Below are positions 29,030 to 43,500 of a stretch of DNA of 64,000 nucleotides, one piece after another. Numbering within the stretch: position 1 is the first letter of the stretch; each line of letters opens with the position of its first letter. The position numbers were made by a program, and so were the translations under genes. Where the stretch lies: the IMG/VR virus record IMGVR_UViG_3300001765_000038, positions 11,777-75,776 of that record, one strand, 5' to 3'. The stretch is from a virus. Taxonomy: Duplodnaviria > Caudoviricetes. A model generated the notes under the pieces. That model was not told where the DNA came from, searched no databases, and saw nothing but the letters and a program-made list of their open reading frames with translations.

Positions 29030-30792
29030 TATTGATTCCTAGTTCTATCGTCATAAATTCCTATTTTAATATTTTCTTGTTGTATTCTTACAATCGTATT
29101 GTTTTTAGAAAATATATCACTAATAATAGGTGTTGCGTAAATCTTAATTCCATTACCATCAAAATTAGTTATAATGAGAGGTTTAATACTTATAATGCCA
29201 CTGTTTAAATCAACTGATCCAGCACTATTTTCTACAACTTTAATAGTTTGATCTTGATTATAATAATATAACTGTATAGTTTCATTTAAGTTTCTTAAAA
29301 ATACTTTTTCTGCTAAACCATCAATATAAAAACCTGTACTATCTACATTCGTTATACCATTATAAAATTTAAATTCCATACTATTACTTTGTGCTATAAC
29401 TGGTAAAAATAGTTTAAACATTTTAAATGTTGTTAAGTTGTTTAAAATTGAATAATCAGATCCATCAATAATTCTACTTAAAAGCGAGAATCTGAATATA
29501 TCATCAAACTTACCTAAATAGTTATCAGCATATTCTACAATGTTATCCAATACAACATTTTGAAGTTCTAAATTAGTTTTATTATTCTTAAATTTATCAA
29601 AATACACTTTTGAATCAATTTCAATATCGATATAATCTGGATCTAAAAATCGTGGTGATACATTAGCAACAGCACGTTTTTGAATAATGTCTAACACTTC
29701 TGCTTTTTCTGAATCAGTCAAAAATTCAGTATTTTGTGGTTGAATACATATAATCACTTTTCCATATTCAGGAGGTATTTGTTTTTCGCCACCCCATACA
29801 ACAAGATTTTTAACGTTATTAAAGTTCTGCATTATTAACGCTTTACAATCATCTGCAGTAACAGCACGATTTTGAACACCAAAATAAGTCATTGCATTAA
29901 AACGAATTGATTCTATATTTTCAGCATCTGAACCACTTGCTGCTTGTTCTTGTGTTTGTATTGTAACAATACTATTACCTTCAATAGCTCCGGTAAGTTT
30001 AAAAACTTTTGCACCGTTAGCAACTTTACCAGACGATGTGACATAGGTAACATGAATTATATTACCAGCAGACAATTGCTTACCCAATATATCATCACCA
30101 AAATAGATTTCTGTTAAATTGTTTAATCCCTCTTGAACAAAAAATACTGTAGAAGTAGAATTAACATCAATAATAGAATCTGCTAATGAATAATAAGCAT
30201 AATTAGGGGATGAAATAGATTCTTGAACAATCACTCTAATACTCGTTGTATCAACTTCACTATTAGGCAATGAAAATTTTTCTACTTTAAAACCTTCTGC
30301 TACATAACTATTCTGTTGAAACTTCCCTTCATAAATGAAAAACTGTCCAAAGTCATAAGTACTGCCACTTAATGGTGCAATAACATCATCAACAGTTACA
30401 AATTGATATGTATTTTCGTTTATAGTAGTTTCAAAAGGTGTGCCTGCTTTCATTGTTAATTGTGCAGGATTATTTAATGCATTTTGCAACACCATTCCTA
30501 TTTTTGCTTTTGCTGATTTAATTGATTTTGGAATATAACCTAATGATTTTGCATGTGACACAACTGAATCACGTTTAACAGCACTGTCAATGTAAGTTTC
30601 ATTAGCAATATAATTGGCCATTACAGAATTGTAATATGTGTTATATGCTAATAAATCCATCAGAATAGACATTCCCGAGGCTTCATAATCATAATCAGCA
30701 AATTCAGTCTGTGTAGATAAATAACTCTTTAAATTTTCTTTAATAGAGGCAAAATCTAATTCTGATACTCTTAGTTTGTTATTTAATATCAT
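29029..30792 (-). CDS. gp6: Baseplate wedge subunit gp6
   Basis: ELDFASIKENLKSYL, FADYDYEASGMSILMDLLAYNTYY, SVVSHAKSLGYIPKS, QNRAVTADD, VWGGE..PPEYGKV. Confidence 0.9.
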   Translation of the reverse strand: MILNNKLRVSELDFASIKENLKSYLSTQTEFADYDYEASGMSILMDLLAYNTYYNSVMANYIANETYIDSAVKRDSVVSHAKSLGYIPKSIKSAKAKIGMVLQNALNNPAQLTMKAGTPFETTINENTYQFVTVDDVIAPLSGSTYDFGQFFIYEGKFQQNSYVAEGFKVEKFSLPNSEVDTTSIRVIVQESISSPNYAYYSLADSIIDVNSTSTVFFVQEGLNNLTEIYFGDDILGKQLSAGNIIHVTYVTSSGKVANGAKVFKLTGAIEGNSIVTIQTQEQAASGSDAENIESIRFNAMTYFGVQNRAVTADDCKALIMQNFNNVKNLVVWGGEKQIPPEYGKVIICIQPQNTEFLTDSEKAEVLDIIQKRAVANVSPRFLDPDYIDIEIDSKVYFDKFKNNKTNLELQNVVLDNIVEYADNYLGKFDDIFRFSLLSRIIDGSDYSILNNLTTFKMFKLFLPVIAQSNSMEFKFYNGITNVDSTGFYIDGLAEKVFLRNLNETIQLYYYNQDQTIKVVENSAGSVDLNSGIISIKPLIITNFDGNGIKIYATPIISDIFSKNNTIVRIQQENIKIGIYDDRTRNQ

Positions 30793-31178
30793 CTAACTCT
30801 TTCAAATTTAAGTGTTAATTGTTGAGTTACATCTGAACCTATTACATGAAAGTAAAAGTCAATTGCAATTTCATTATAGTCTGGATTATCACGAATAATC
30901 AAATTATCTATATACACTCTTTGATCATAATAAGCTAATTGATTTCTTATTTTTTTCAATAGAGTGATGCTCGTCAATGGTGTCAAGTTTTCAAATATCA
31001 AACCCGGAATACTAATACCGAAGTTCGGATCGAATCTCTTTTCAAAATTATTCGTTAAGAATAAAGTCATGAGAGCTTGCTTTACTGAATCAAGATCGTA
31101 CTTAAGAATAACATCGTCTGTTGATGGATGTTTTTTAAATGTGAGACTTAGATCGGAGTAAGTATATGTTGTGGCCAT
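30789..31178 (-). CDS. gp25: Baseplate wedge subunit gp25
   Basis: YSDLSLTFKKHP...D.DSVKQAL..LFLTNNFEKRFDPNFG; located immediately before gp6. Confidence 0.85.
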   Translation of the reverse strand: MATTYTYSDLSLTFKKHPSTDDVILKYDLDSVKQALMTLFLTNNFEKRFDPNFGISIPGLIFENLTPLTSITLLKKIRNQLAYYDQRVYIDNLIIRDNPDYNEIAIDFYFHVIGSDVTQQLTLKFERVR

Positions 31179-31258
31179 AAAAATAAATTTGACTTAATTT
31201 GACAATAATGTAATAATTACATGTCGGTTGGGTTATGGATATTGATAAGTGATTGATA

Positions 31259-31266
31259 TATTTATA
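31259..31266 (-). promoter_or_regulatory. T4-type late promoter TATAAATA
   Basis: Exact consensus in the PAAR-gp25 intergenic gap, pointing towards gp25. Confidence 0.65.
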
Positions 31267-31274
31267 TCAATTGA

Positions 31275-31568
31275 TCAAGCGCTATTACAAAATACATCAG
31301 GACTACCTGATGCAGATACATCACCGCATGATATAGCATCACCTATTCGATGCACTGGTATTCCTTCAATGAATACATTAGGTGATCCAGCTGAGGCATT
31401 ACCATCATGACATTCTAGATCACAACAATGAGTTGGATAATGTGCACCAATAACAGTTGCTAATATACCATTGACGTATACTGAACTTTGTGCTGCCATA
31501 TCTGATGGTCTTGGCGGAAAACAATGTCCCGCACTTGGATCAACATCAATTCTTGTGATTGCTGGCAT
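31275..31568 (-). CDS. gp5.4: PAAR-repeat spike tip protein (gp5.4-like)
   Basis: 97 aa; MPAITR, GH, VYVNG, H.CCD..CH, GSPNVFIEGIPVHRIGDAISCG; His/Cys metal ligands typical of T4 gp5.4-class PAAR. Confidence 0.9.
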   Translation of the reverse strand: MPAITRIDVDPSAGHCFPPRPSDMAAQSSVYVNGILATVIGAHYPTHCCDLECHDGNASAGSPNVFIEGIPVHRIGDAISCGDVSASGSPDVFCNSA

Positions 31569-31570
31569 AA

Positions 31571-34500
31571 TTATTCCCTTGTATGTTGTTTGACTTTATC
31601 GATAAGTTTTCCATTGAAAACTCCCCAATTATCTCTTACTGTAATCTTTAATGGGATTGTTGTAGTAAATGGTTCAACCGTTGTGGTAGTACCGCCGACG
31701 CCACCTGTATCTGATAATTCAATGATGCCTTTAAATGTAGGATTTTGTGCTGATATATCAACCCATTTATATTGAGGGCCGATTTGCACTGGGCTAGAAT
31801 AAATTATTGTATTTCCTTGACCTAATTCTCCATTAACATTATAGCCCCAACCCCATAATGCTCCTGTATCATTAAGCATATAATAATTACCTGCTAATGC
31901 AGACACTTTAGACCAATTACTTAATGTACCAATTTGAATTGGCGACATCATAAAATGATCAATTCCATGATTAATAAAATCATTATTTAAATAATTACCA
32001 TATGTTTGTAAATCCCCCCAACCCCATAATGTACCATCTGTTTTTACTGCCATCGTCAAATCATTAAAATAACCACATGTTATCTGTTTCCAATTTGTTA
32101 ATGTACCAATTTGTGTTGGGCTAGATATACCAAACACAGTTATATGATCTGATACATATCCCAATCCTAATTTTCCATAATAATTAGAACCACAACCCCA
32201 TAATGTGCCATCAGTTTTAATTGCTAACAAATCATCTCTAAAATTAGAACCTAATTTGCTCCAAGTAGTTAAAGATCCAATTTGAGTAGGCGATGAAACT
32301 GAATTAGTATGACCAAGACCTAAACAACCAGGTGTATTATACCCCCAACCCCATAATGAGCCATTAGTTTTGATTGCAGCTACATTATTATTTGTTCCTG
32401 AAATACTCGCCCAATCACTCATTGAACCAACTTGAGTAGGACTTGATCTTAAAATTTCATCTCCTAAACCCAAAGCACCACCGCTGTTTTCACCCCAACC
32501 CCATAATGTGCCATCTGTTTTGATTGCATTAGTGCACTGTTGTTTCCATGATCCAATTATTTGAGTCGGACTTGAACGATGAATTATATCACCAGTTCCT
32601 AATTCACCATTTCCATTCCAACCTGTCGCCCACAATGAATTATCCGCTCTGATACCCAATGTTGAATATGAATCACTAACAGAAGACCAATCATTTTTAT
32701 CACCTATTTGTATTATAACATGATGATCTATGGTATCACCTGTACCTAACTGACCGAACATATTAGATCCACATCCTACTAATACTCTACCAGTACCAGT
32801 TATAGGGGTGTCTGGTGGTGTTATTGGTGTACTATCAGTGATACCCAACCAATAAGTATGACTTCCACTAACATCTTTCCAAGTACTCAATGTACCTACT
32901 TGCATCGGTGCAGAAATTTCCCATACAGTATCATCTGGTGTTATCATTTGATCTGTATTATAACCACATGCCCATAATGTACCATTAGTTTTAATCATCA
33001 TCATGCAATAATGACCAGATGATGCTAATTTATCCCAATCACTTAATGATCCAACTTGTGTAGGAGAAGATTTATCAATACTATCTCCATGGCCTAAAAT
33101 GTTTCCACCATTGTATCCCCAAGACCATAATGTACCATCTGTTTTGATAGCAAAACTAGCAGAACCGTCAGCATGTACTTGTTTCCAATTACTTAATAAA
33201 CCAACTTGAGTTGGAACATCTAAATTTACAGAACTAGTATTTTGTCCTAAAACACCATCTACATCTCTACCCCAAGACCATAATGTACCATTAGTTTTAA
33301 CTGCTAAAGTGTGATATTCGTTAACAGATGCCTGTTTCCAGTTTAAATCAGTGCCAATTTGAACAGGTGATGAAACACCAAGATCAGTAATAGCACCTAA
33401 TCCCAACATAGTGTTTTCCCAATCCCAACCCATCACCCATAATGATCCATTATTATTTAATAATATTGTTCGATTAGATTCAGCTGTCCATGCTTTTGAC
33501 CAAGTATTCCCACCAGCAATTTGTACTGGTGAACTTATAGGAATATTTGGATTCATTCCTAATTCACCAGAATAATTATAACCCATACCCCATGCTGTGC
33601 CATCAGTTTTTATCATAACTGTAGTCATTGCACTACAATGCACATATGCCCAATCATTTGATGTTCCAACTTTAATAGGAGTTGATACATTATAAACATA
33701 TCCATTATAAGGTGTTTGTCCCCACACCCATAACGACCCATCAGTTTTAATACCGTTAGAATTATATGCATATCTTTCAGATGGTGCAGCTAATTGTTTC
33801 CAATCGACATTAGAAATTAATTGAACGGGTGATGAGTATTGATTATTAATTTCACCGATACCTAATTCGCCTGACCAGTTTGTTCCGTTGCCCCAACCAG
33901 CAATATTAGATGGTGGTGTATCATCTGTTGTCGCTAACCATGCATAACCTGCACCCCAAACTTTACTCCAATTACTCAATGTTCCAATTTGAATTGGTGA
34001 CGAGTGATTTATTTGATTAAGTATAGCCCCATTCGATGTATATGCGTAATTAGTTTCACCCCATGCCCATAATGTGCCATTAATTTTTCTTGCTATAAAT
34101 GATCTCCATGGGACGCCTCCCCCACCAATTTCACCCCAATCGCTCAATGTTCCAATTTGAACAGGTGAAGATAATTCAAAATTTGGATCAATTGTACGCT
34201 CTGCAGCACAAACAGTCTTGAGTAATGAATAACTAGTTCCACCCCATCCCCATAAGGTATTATTATTCTGTATCCCATAAACTGTGGAATCATCACAAGT
34301 TACATTTTTCCAATTACTTAGTGTCCCCAGTTGAACTGGCGAAGATGTTGATTGAGTAGTAAAACTATTTAATAAAAGATTTCCATAAAAATTAACACCC
34401 CAACCCCATAATGTATTGTTAGTTTTAATTGCTGTAGAATATTCAGTGCCTATAGCAATAAACCTCCAATCAGTATCTACACCAATTTGCACTGGAGAAG

Positions 34501-37500
34501 ACATGCTAGTATATCCATTTACCCCTTGTCCTGTTTGTCCTCTATTATTGTTTCCCCATCCCCATAATGTGTTATTTTCTCCAATGGCAATTGTATGATA
34601 ACCACAAACCACTTTATTCCAAGTTGTTTTTGTTCCAATTTGCACCGGACTTGATCGTGAGAAATAATCACCTATACCACCTTCTCCAAAACCATTATAA
34701 CCTATCATCCATAAAGTATTATCTGATTTAATTCCCATCATTGTTGAACCATGACAATTAACACTTTCCCAATTTCCGGTGTTGCTTATCATTACTGGTG
34801 CACTAACAGACTTATTATATGCTCCATATATGTTTCCAACTCCCCATAAATTTTTATTTTTATCAATAAAAAATGATGCTGGGACATCACCAGAAGTACA
34901 CATATATGTCCAATTACTACTTAATTGAACGGGTGATGAATAATTAGTATAATCTGCCTTATCGAGTGCTGGGAAGTAACCAGCACCCCAATGTTTAATA
35001 TAAGTAGGTGCCGGCGCCGGCGCCGGCGCCGGCAATATTTCTCTTGTTGCTAATGTAACATTATCATATGATGATATTTCATTCCAATCACTTAATGTGC
35101 CAATTTGAATTGGCGATGAATAATCGAGTGTATTAGAAGCTCCTAATGAGCCCCATACTACACCTTCACCACAAGCCCACAATGTTCTATCAGTTTTAGT
35201 GGCAAATAAAGCTGAATCACCTATTTCAACCGATCTCCAGTTATTCAAACTGCCAATTTGAGTGGGAGATGATCTGTGGATCTTATCTCCCAGTCCTAAA
35301 CCACCATCACCATTCCAACCCCAAGACCATAATGTACCATCTGTTTTAACAGCTCCAGTAGAATAATAAATTGATACTTGTTCCCAGTTACTTAAAGTAC
35401 CAACTTGTGTTGGTACTGAATACCCGAGTATGTTTTCTAATCCCAATTGCCCATGTGAATTCCAACCCCATGCCCATAATGTACCATTAGTTTTTACTGC
35501 CATTGTGCTAGCATATTCTCCAGCTGATATTTGTTTCCAATTAAATCCTGTACCAATTTGAACTGGACTTGAACGATTAATATCATCACCCAATCCAAGC
35601 TCTCCAGATTCATTTTCACCCCAACCCCATATTCCACCACCTATACTTTTTGCAATTGTATGATAATATCCACAAGAAACTTTATCCCAATAATCTAATA
35701 TTCCGATTTGAATTGGTGAAGAACGATTATCAGCATAACCAGATATACCGTTACCCAAAGTACCTATCCAATTATATCCACATGACCATAATGTACCATC
35801 GGTTTTAACGGAAACAAAAAATCTTCTTCCCGCAGAAATTTGCTTCCAATTACTTAAAGTACCGACCTGACATGGAGAAGAACGATTATTATAAACATCT
35901 CCTAAACCTAAACCACCTTCACTATTAGCACCCCAGGACCATAATGTCCCATTTGTTTTGATACCATATGATGATTGATAATATTCTTCAATAGTATTCC
36001 AATCATTTAATAGTCCAACTTGAACTGGACTAGAACGATCTAAATCATCATTTGTTCCTATTTGACCCCATGTATTTGCACCCCATGCCCATAATGTATT
36101 GCTTGTAAGTGGAGGTGCATTTACAGTAGTTTTAAATCCGAAAAAATAATCTGCATCAATAATTGCTTTTTCCCATGTATTTTCTATACCAATTTGTACT
36201 GGAGAAGATACATAATTTACAATTTCCCAGTCACCCAAATCAAATCCGGGATTTAATCCCCATCCCCACAAGGTTCCATCTGTTTTAGTTGCAATAACAT
36301 TATCCCATGAAACAAATACTGTTTTCCAGTTATTTAATGCTCCAATTTGACGAGGAATAAATGTATCTAATGTTTCAGGTGATGTTATATCAGGTAAATA
36401 TCCGTTATGATCATTACCCCATCCCCACAGTGTTCCATCAGTTTTAATTGCAATATTATAATCATAATGAGAATCAACAAATGACCAATTGCTCAATGTT
36501 CCAACTTGAGTTGGACTAGAACGATCAATATAATCACCCAATCCTAGTTGTCCATTTATATTCCACCCCCATGTCCATAATGTTCCATTTGTTTTGATTG
36601 CTTTAACACTCTCAACACTTGCGGCAACTTGTTTCCAATCATTTGACGTACCAACTTGTATTGGAGAACTATAACGATAAGCACCAATTGTAGTACCGGT
36701 AAGTATTCCATAATCATCTTGTCCCCAACCCCATAATGTGCCATCTGTTTTAATTGCGAAATGTGCCCACACCCAACCATATGGTTTACCAGAAACAGAA
36801 CTCCAATCACTTAATGATCCAACTTGAATAGGTGATGAATATCTAATCGTATTACCAACTCCCAATAATCCATCCCAATTATAACCACATCCCCATAATG
36901 TTCCATTAGTTTTAATTGCTAGCCAACTCCATTCAGCAGCTGATGATACTGTTTTCCAATTATTTAATAAACCTATTTGACATGGAGATGATCTTTCAAT
37001 ATTATCACCAAATCCAATTATAGAATCTCTGTTCCCGCCCCATCCCCATAATGTACCATCAGCTTTAGTTGCAACTACACTATTATCCCAACCAGATGAA
37101 TTTAATATTGCTATCGAACTCCAATTATCACCAACATGTTCAAATTTGAAATAACCATCTGCATTACCAACACCTGCAGGTCCAGTACTGTCACTTAAAG
37201 GTATTTGATCATATCCACAGAACCATAATTCATTTGATGGTGTTACTTGTACTGGACTAGATATTACTGGTGTTATTGGTGTTAATGTATCATCAGTAAT
37301 GCCAATCCAATGATAAGAATTACATGATACTTGCGTCCAATTAGAAAGAGATCCAAGTTGAACAGGTGAAGATTTATTTTCATTTATTAATTGATCACAC
37401 CCCGCAATATCACCCCATGCCCATAATGTACCATTAGTTTTAATAGCAAAGGTTCTTTCACTGCCCCAACCACCAGTATGATTATTTGATAATTTACTCC

Positions 37501-40500
37501 AATCGCCTAGCAATCCAATTTGAGTTGGTACATCCACATATGTTCCAGTACCACCACCCTGACCAGAATTACCTATACCCCACGTCCATAATGTGCCATC
37601 TGTTTTAATTGCTGTTGATTGAGAATATCCACAAGAAATAATATTCCAATTTGTGGCAGTTCCAATTTGAGTGGGAGAGGATCTACTAAACTGATCTGCT
37701 TGACCTAACGCACCATTTGCATAACTACCCCAACCCCATAATGTTCCATCAGTTTTAATCGCTATACTAAATCTTCCACCACATGATACTGTTTTCCAAT
37801 TATTCATTGTTCCTACTTGTGTAGGACTAGAACGATCATCCCAATTATCACCCAATCCTAATTGGCCATCAGATGTACTTCCCCATGACCATAATGTGTT
37901 ATCAATTTTAATTGCTAATGAGTGTGTATCACCTGGTGCAATATCTTTCCAATTGGTTGAAGTGCCTACTTGAGTTGGACTAGAACGATTTTCATACAAT
38001 GTTCCATGACCAAGCATTCCCCAATCATCATTACCCCAAGTCCACATTGTACCGTCAGTTTTGACTGCCATAACATGATCACGGTTCATTGCAATTGTTT
38101 TCCAATTGCTTGTATCACCTACTTGAGTTGGACTAGAAATTCCCATAAATTGACCTGAAGAAGTATAACCTAAACCCAATTGACCTACATCATTATATCC
38201 ACAACCCCATAATGTGCCATCAGTTTTAATAGCAAATGATTGCTCCCATTCACCTGTTGCAATATATTTGTAATCATCTCCTAACATTAATATTGGACTA
38301 GTATACTGTATTCTATCACCATGTCCTAATTCACCACCATCATTATAACCACAACCCCATACTTTTAAAGGTGATGGTGGTTTTATGTAAACTTCACCTT
38401 GAGATGCAAGTGTTGCATACATTGATGATTCTACTTTATTCCAATTACTCAATGTTCCAACTTGGCAAGGAGATGATCTATCAATATTATCACCTAATCC
38501 ACAATTATTATGATATTGTGTATTTTGACCCCATGTCCATAATGTTCCATCTGTTTTTGTTGCTGCGGCAGCATAACCACAAGCAATATCTTTCCAATTT
38601 GTCATTGATCCAATTTGAACAGGTGAAGATCTATCAATATTATCACCCATTCCTAATCTTCCATGGAAATTTTCTCCCCATGACCATATTGTGCCATCAG
38701 TTTTAAGAGCTAAAGAATATCTACAAAATGTTTTTTTAGATACTTTATTCCAATTTGACATTAATCCTATTTGTATAGGAGAAGATATATTTGTTACTAA
38801 ATCACCACTAATTCCATTGCCAAATTCGCCTCTAGTATTATCACCCCAAGACCATAATGTGCTGTCAGTTTTAATTGCATGAGCAACAAATTCACTTGCA
38901 TTTATTTGTTTCCAATTTGTTAATGATCCAATCTGCACAGGAGATGAAATTGCCTCCCAAAAATAAGTACCACCTGATGGTGCTGGCAATAATCCGTCAC
39001 TAGTATATCCCCAACCCCACAGTGTGCCATTAGTTTTAATAGCGAAAGTTGTGTTCATACCGCATGTTACTTCTTTCCAATCACTTAATGATCCTACTTG
39101 AATCGGTGAAGATGCCCATATTGTTTCTGGATATCCACATTTACCGCCACTATTATTTCCCCACACCCACAATGTTCCATCAATTTTAATTGCACCTACA
39201 TGATTTTCTACAGATACTTGTTGCCAATCAGTTAATGCACCTATTTGTATTGGAGAAGATTTTTTTTCATCATCTTCATAAAAATGTCCTGTTGATCCCC
39301 ATGACCACAATGTACCATCTATTTTAATGGCAAACGCATTATATTCGCCCAGAGAAAAATTATTCCAATTTTCTAATACACCAATTTGACAAGGAGATGA
39401 TCTATCAATCATATCACCTAAACCTAAACCACCATATTTTATACCCCATGAATATAATTTGCTACCACGAGAAAAACTAGAACATAATTTTTCTTCATAT
39501 CCTATAAACTCTGTAGTATTTCTTATTCCCATTGAATTATTATATGAGCATGAGATACTACTCCAATCGCTCAATGATCCAACTTGAGTAGGACTACTTC
39601 TACCATCAGATATTGTAGTTCCTATACCTAAATGATGTTGAACCCAATTTATACCCCACGCCCATAATGTACCATTATTCTTAATTGCGAAAGTGTTTTG
39701 TGCACCAACTTTAACATCTTTCCAATCAGTCATTGATCCTACTTGAACTGGGCTTGATCTAGCAATTGTATCATTAACTCCAACTGCACCATCAATGTTA
39801 GATCCCCACGCCCATAATGTACCGTCTGTTTTAATTGCTGCAGTGGCCATGTCAGATATTGCAACAGTTTTCCAATTGCTTAACAATCCAACTTGAGTTG
39901 GGCTAGATCTATTTATTGTATCACCCAATCCTAAACCAGCGCCCCATCCCACACCCCAAACCCATAATGTACCATCAGTTTTAATTGCTGCAGAATTAGC
40001 CCACATAGTAGAAATATGAGCCCAATCACTCAATGTTCCAAGTTGAACAGGACTTAAAGTATCGACACCTTCAACTCTTCCCCATCGCCATAAAGTATTA
40101 TTTGTTTTTATAGAATATGATATAAATCTACCGGCTATAATTTTATTCCAATCACTTAACAATCCAACTTGAACTGGACTAGATCGATAAATATCATCAC
40201 CTAACCCTAATTGACCCTCATCATTTGATCCAGTTGCCCATAGTGTTCCATTTGTTTTTGTCATTAATGCATGATAACCGCAAGATACATCTTTCCAATC
40301 AGTCATCGAACCAACTTGAACGGGTGATGATGAATAACCTATATAATTTCCAAAACCACCCCATACCCAATCATTTGATCCCCATGACCATAATGTGCCA
40401 TTTGGTTTTATTCCCGCACTTGTATAATTTCCTGGTGCTAAAACTGACCAATTGTTTAATGATCCAATTTGCATAGGAGAAGATATTCCCCAAATTGGTC

Positions 40501-43500
40501 GATCTCCAATACCTAAAGAACCGTCTAAACATTGCCCCCAACCCCATCCAGTTGTAGAAGTTACTATAACTGGTGATGAACATATATTTGGATCTGGGCA
40601 TGGTACATTTAACCAATTATTTGTTCTATTTTTAATAGCAAATGATCTATAATAAGTAGAATATGCATCTGACCAATTACTTAATGTGCCTACTTGTGTT
40701 GGACTTGAATAATTTATGTTATTTGTGTTTAGACCTAAACTGCCACCTTGAGCATTACCCCACGCCCAAAGTGTACCATCTGTTTTAATTGCTGCACTAT
40801 AGTAACCACATGTTATTTTTGCCCAATTTGACATTGAACCAATTTGACATGGAGAAGATTGATGAGCAAAATTACCAGCATATCCTAATCCTAAATCTCC
40901 ATTCCAATTTCCACCCCATGACCATAATGTGCCATTTGTTTTAAGTGCGAGTGTATGCCAACACCCAGGTTTTATATCTGCCCAATCTGACATTAGTCCG
41001 ACTTGCGTAGGACTAGATCTCCAAATTTCATTACCTAATCCCAATGCACCCATCCATCCAGATCCCCACATCCATAATGTGCCGTCTGTTTTAATTGCAC
41101 CTACGGGTGGTGCATTAAGTGAATACCAAGTAGATAATTTTGCCCAATTTGACATTGATCCAATTTGACATGGACTCGAGCGATCAATTTGGTCACCAAG
41201 TCCAAGAGGCCCTTGCCAACCCCAACCCCACGACCATATAGTGCCGTCTGTTTTAAGTGCGTGAAATATATTATCATCACATGCATTTATACTTTTCCAA
41301 TTACTTAATGATCCAAGTTGAACTGGACTAGATTCAGCATAATTTGTACCGAGTGTGCCAAACGCACATTGAGAATTATACGCACCCCAATACCATAACG
41401 TTCCGTCAGTTTTGATACCCAATGTCGCCGTTTCAGCACATCTTACTTCTTTCCAATCGCTTAATGTTCCTACTTGTTGAAAATCATAATTGTATGCAAA
41501 AAGTGAATGCCCGAGGCCGAGCATACCATCCCAGTTTAATCCGTTAGCCCATAATGTTCCATCATCTTTAATAACAAAGAAAGAATCCCAATTGCCTGAT
41601 ATTTTATCCCAGTTTGATTCTATACCTATTTGTACTGGTGATGAAATGTCTGTACTTACAATTTCATCTTTATAACCAGAATACCACAATTCACCACCCA
41701 TTTGTACGGGAGATGAACATGTTACTGGTAATGTATCTTCTCCAGTTAATCGTATTCCTCTGAACGAACCCCATCCACAAGTTATGTCAGTCCACGTAGA
41801 TAATGTGCCAACTTGACAAGGACTAGAACGATCAAATACATCATTCAATCCAAGTTGACCACCATTATTTTCTCCCCAGGTCCATAAAGTACCGTTTGTT
41901 TTAATAGCATATGATGATTCAACACAATAATTTTCTATTTCTTTCCAATCACTTAATGTGCCAACTTGACATGGACTAGAACGATTAATATTATCATTTA
42001 ATCCTAAAAGACCTTTAGAATTATCACTACCCCATGTCCATAAAGTACCGTTTGTTTTAATTGTAAGTGCATGTGCGGTTCCGCATGCTAATTTATTCCA
42101 ATCAGTTAATGCACCTATTTGTGCTGGACTAGATCGCCATATATTATCATTATGTCCCAATTGACCCTGTTCATTATATCCCCAACTCCAAATACTATTG
42201 TCTAATTTTAAACCAACTACTGCATTACTTAAAAATTTAGCTGTTTTCCAATTTGCTTCTGGATCAGTACAAGTTTTTGTTCCAGTAAGTCCTACAGCTT
42301 TAAAAAATTCTTGTCCGACTTTTAACCAATTACTTAATGATCCGATCTGTATTGGAGAAGATATTACACTATCTGAAAAATTATTTCCTCCCAATAAATA
42401 AGTATAATTACCAGTTTGTGAATAAAACGGATATCTATTTGATCCCCAACCCCATAATGTTCCATCAGTTTTAATTCCATAATATATTGGTAAATTAACA
42501 TCTTCTTTATTCGACCAAACTGTTTTCCAATTTGATAAATTGCTTATCATAATTGGTGTAAGTATTGGTGTAGTAGATCCATTTAATAATTCTTTTTCAT
42601 AGGGTGATCCCATACCCCATAACGTCCCATTAGTTTTTACTGCTATTGTGCAATGAAAACTCATTGCAACATGTGACCAATCACTCATTGATCCAATTTG
42701 CACTGGTGAAGAAATATCATTTTGATGACCAATACCCAAATTACCAAAATAATTGCTGCCCCAACCCCATAATGTGCCATCAGTTTTAATTGCTACTGCT
42801 GATTGGTCAGATGTAAAAATATTTTTCCAATCATCTAAAATACCAACTTGAAATGGTATTTCATGTTCTTGATTTGAAGAATTTAATCCTAATTGCCCAT
42901 GAGTACCAAGCCCCATTCCCCACAACTTACCGTTACTTGTAATGCCCATTACTGTTTCATTACCACCAACTGAAACATCTTTCCAATTACTCATGGTTCC
43001 TACTTGACAAGGACTAGAACGAGATATTCCACCAGTATTAATACCTAGCCCCAACGATCCGTAATAATCATTACCCCATGTCCATAATGTACCATCTGAT
43101 TTAATAGCAGCATTAGTTGAATAACCACAAGATATTGTTTTCCAATCAGTCAATGTTCCAATTTGTATTGGACTCGAATGATCAATTGTATCACTTTGAC
43201 CCAATTGACCATCGTGATTACGACCGTTTGACCACATTGTGCCATCATTTTTAATTGCAACCCAATGATAATCACCACATCCAATATCTTTCCAAACTGT
43301 TGTTGTATCAGTTATGGAAATTGGAGTTGGATTATTAAATAATCCATTTACTAGTTCACCATAATAACTTGCACCCCAACCCCATAAATTACCGATTGCG
43401 ACTGGTGATACTGATGGTGTTCCATGGATGCCCATAGTATGAACTAACCAATTATGTGCTACTTTAGTCCAATCACTATATGTGCCTACTTGAACAGGTA

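Noticed and set aside
31189-31217. Possible plus-strand (antisense) sigma70 promoter TTGACT-N17-AATAAT in the PAAR-gp25 gap
   Set aside because: The -10 box lacks the key first T, and such matches are expected by chance in very AT-rich DNA.
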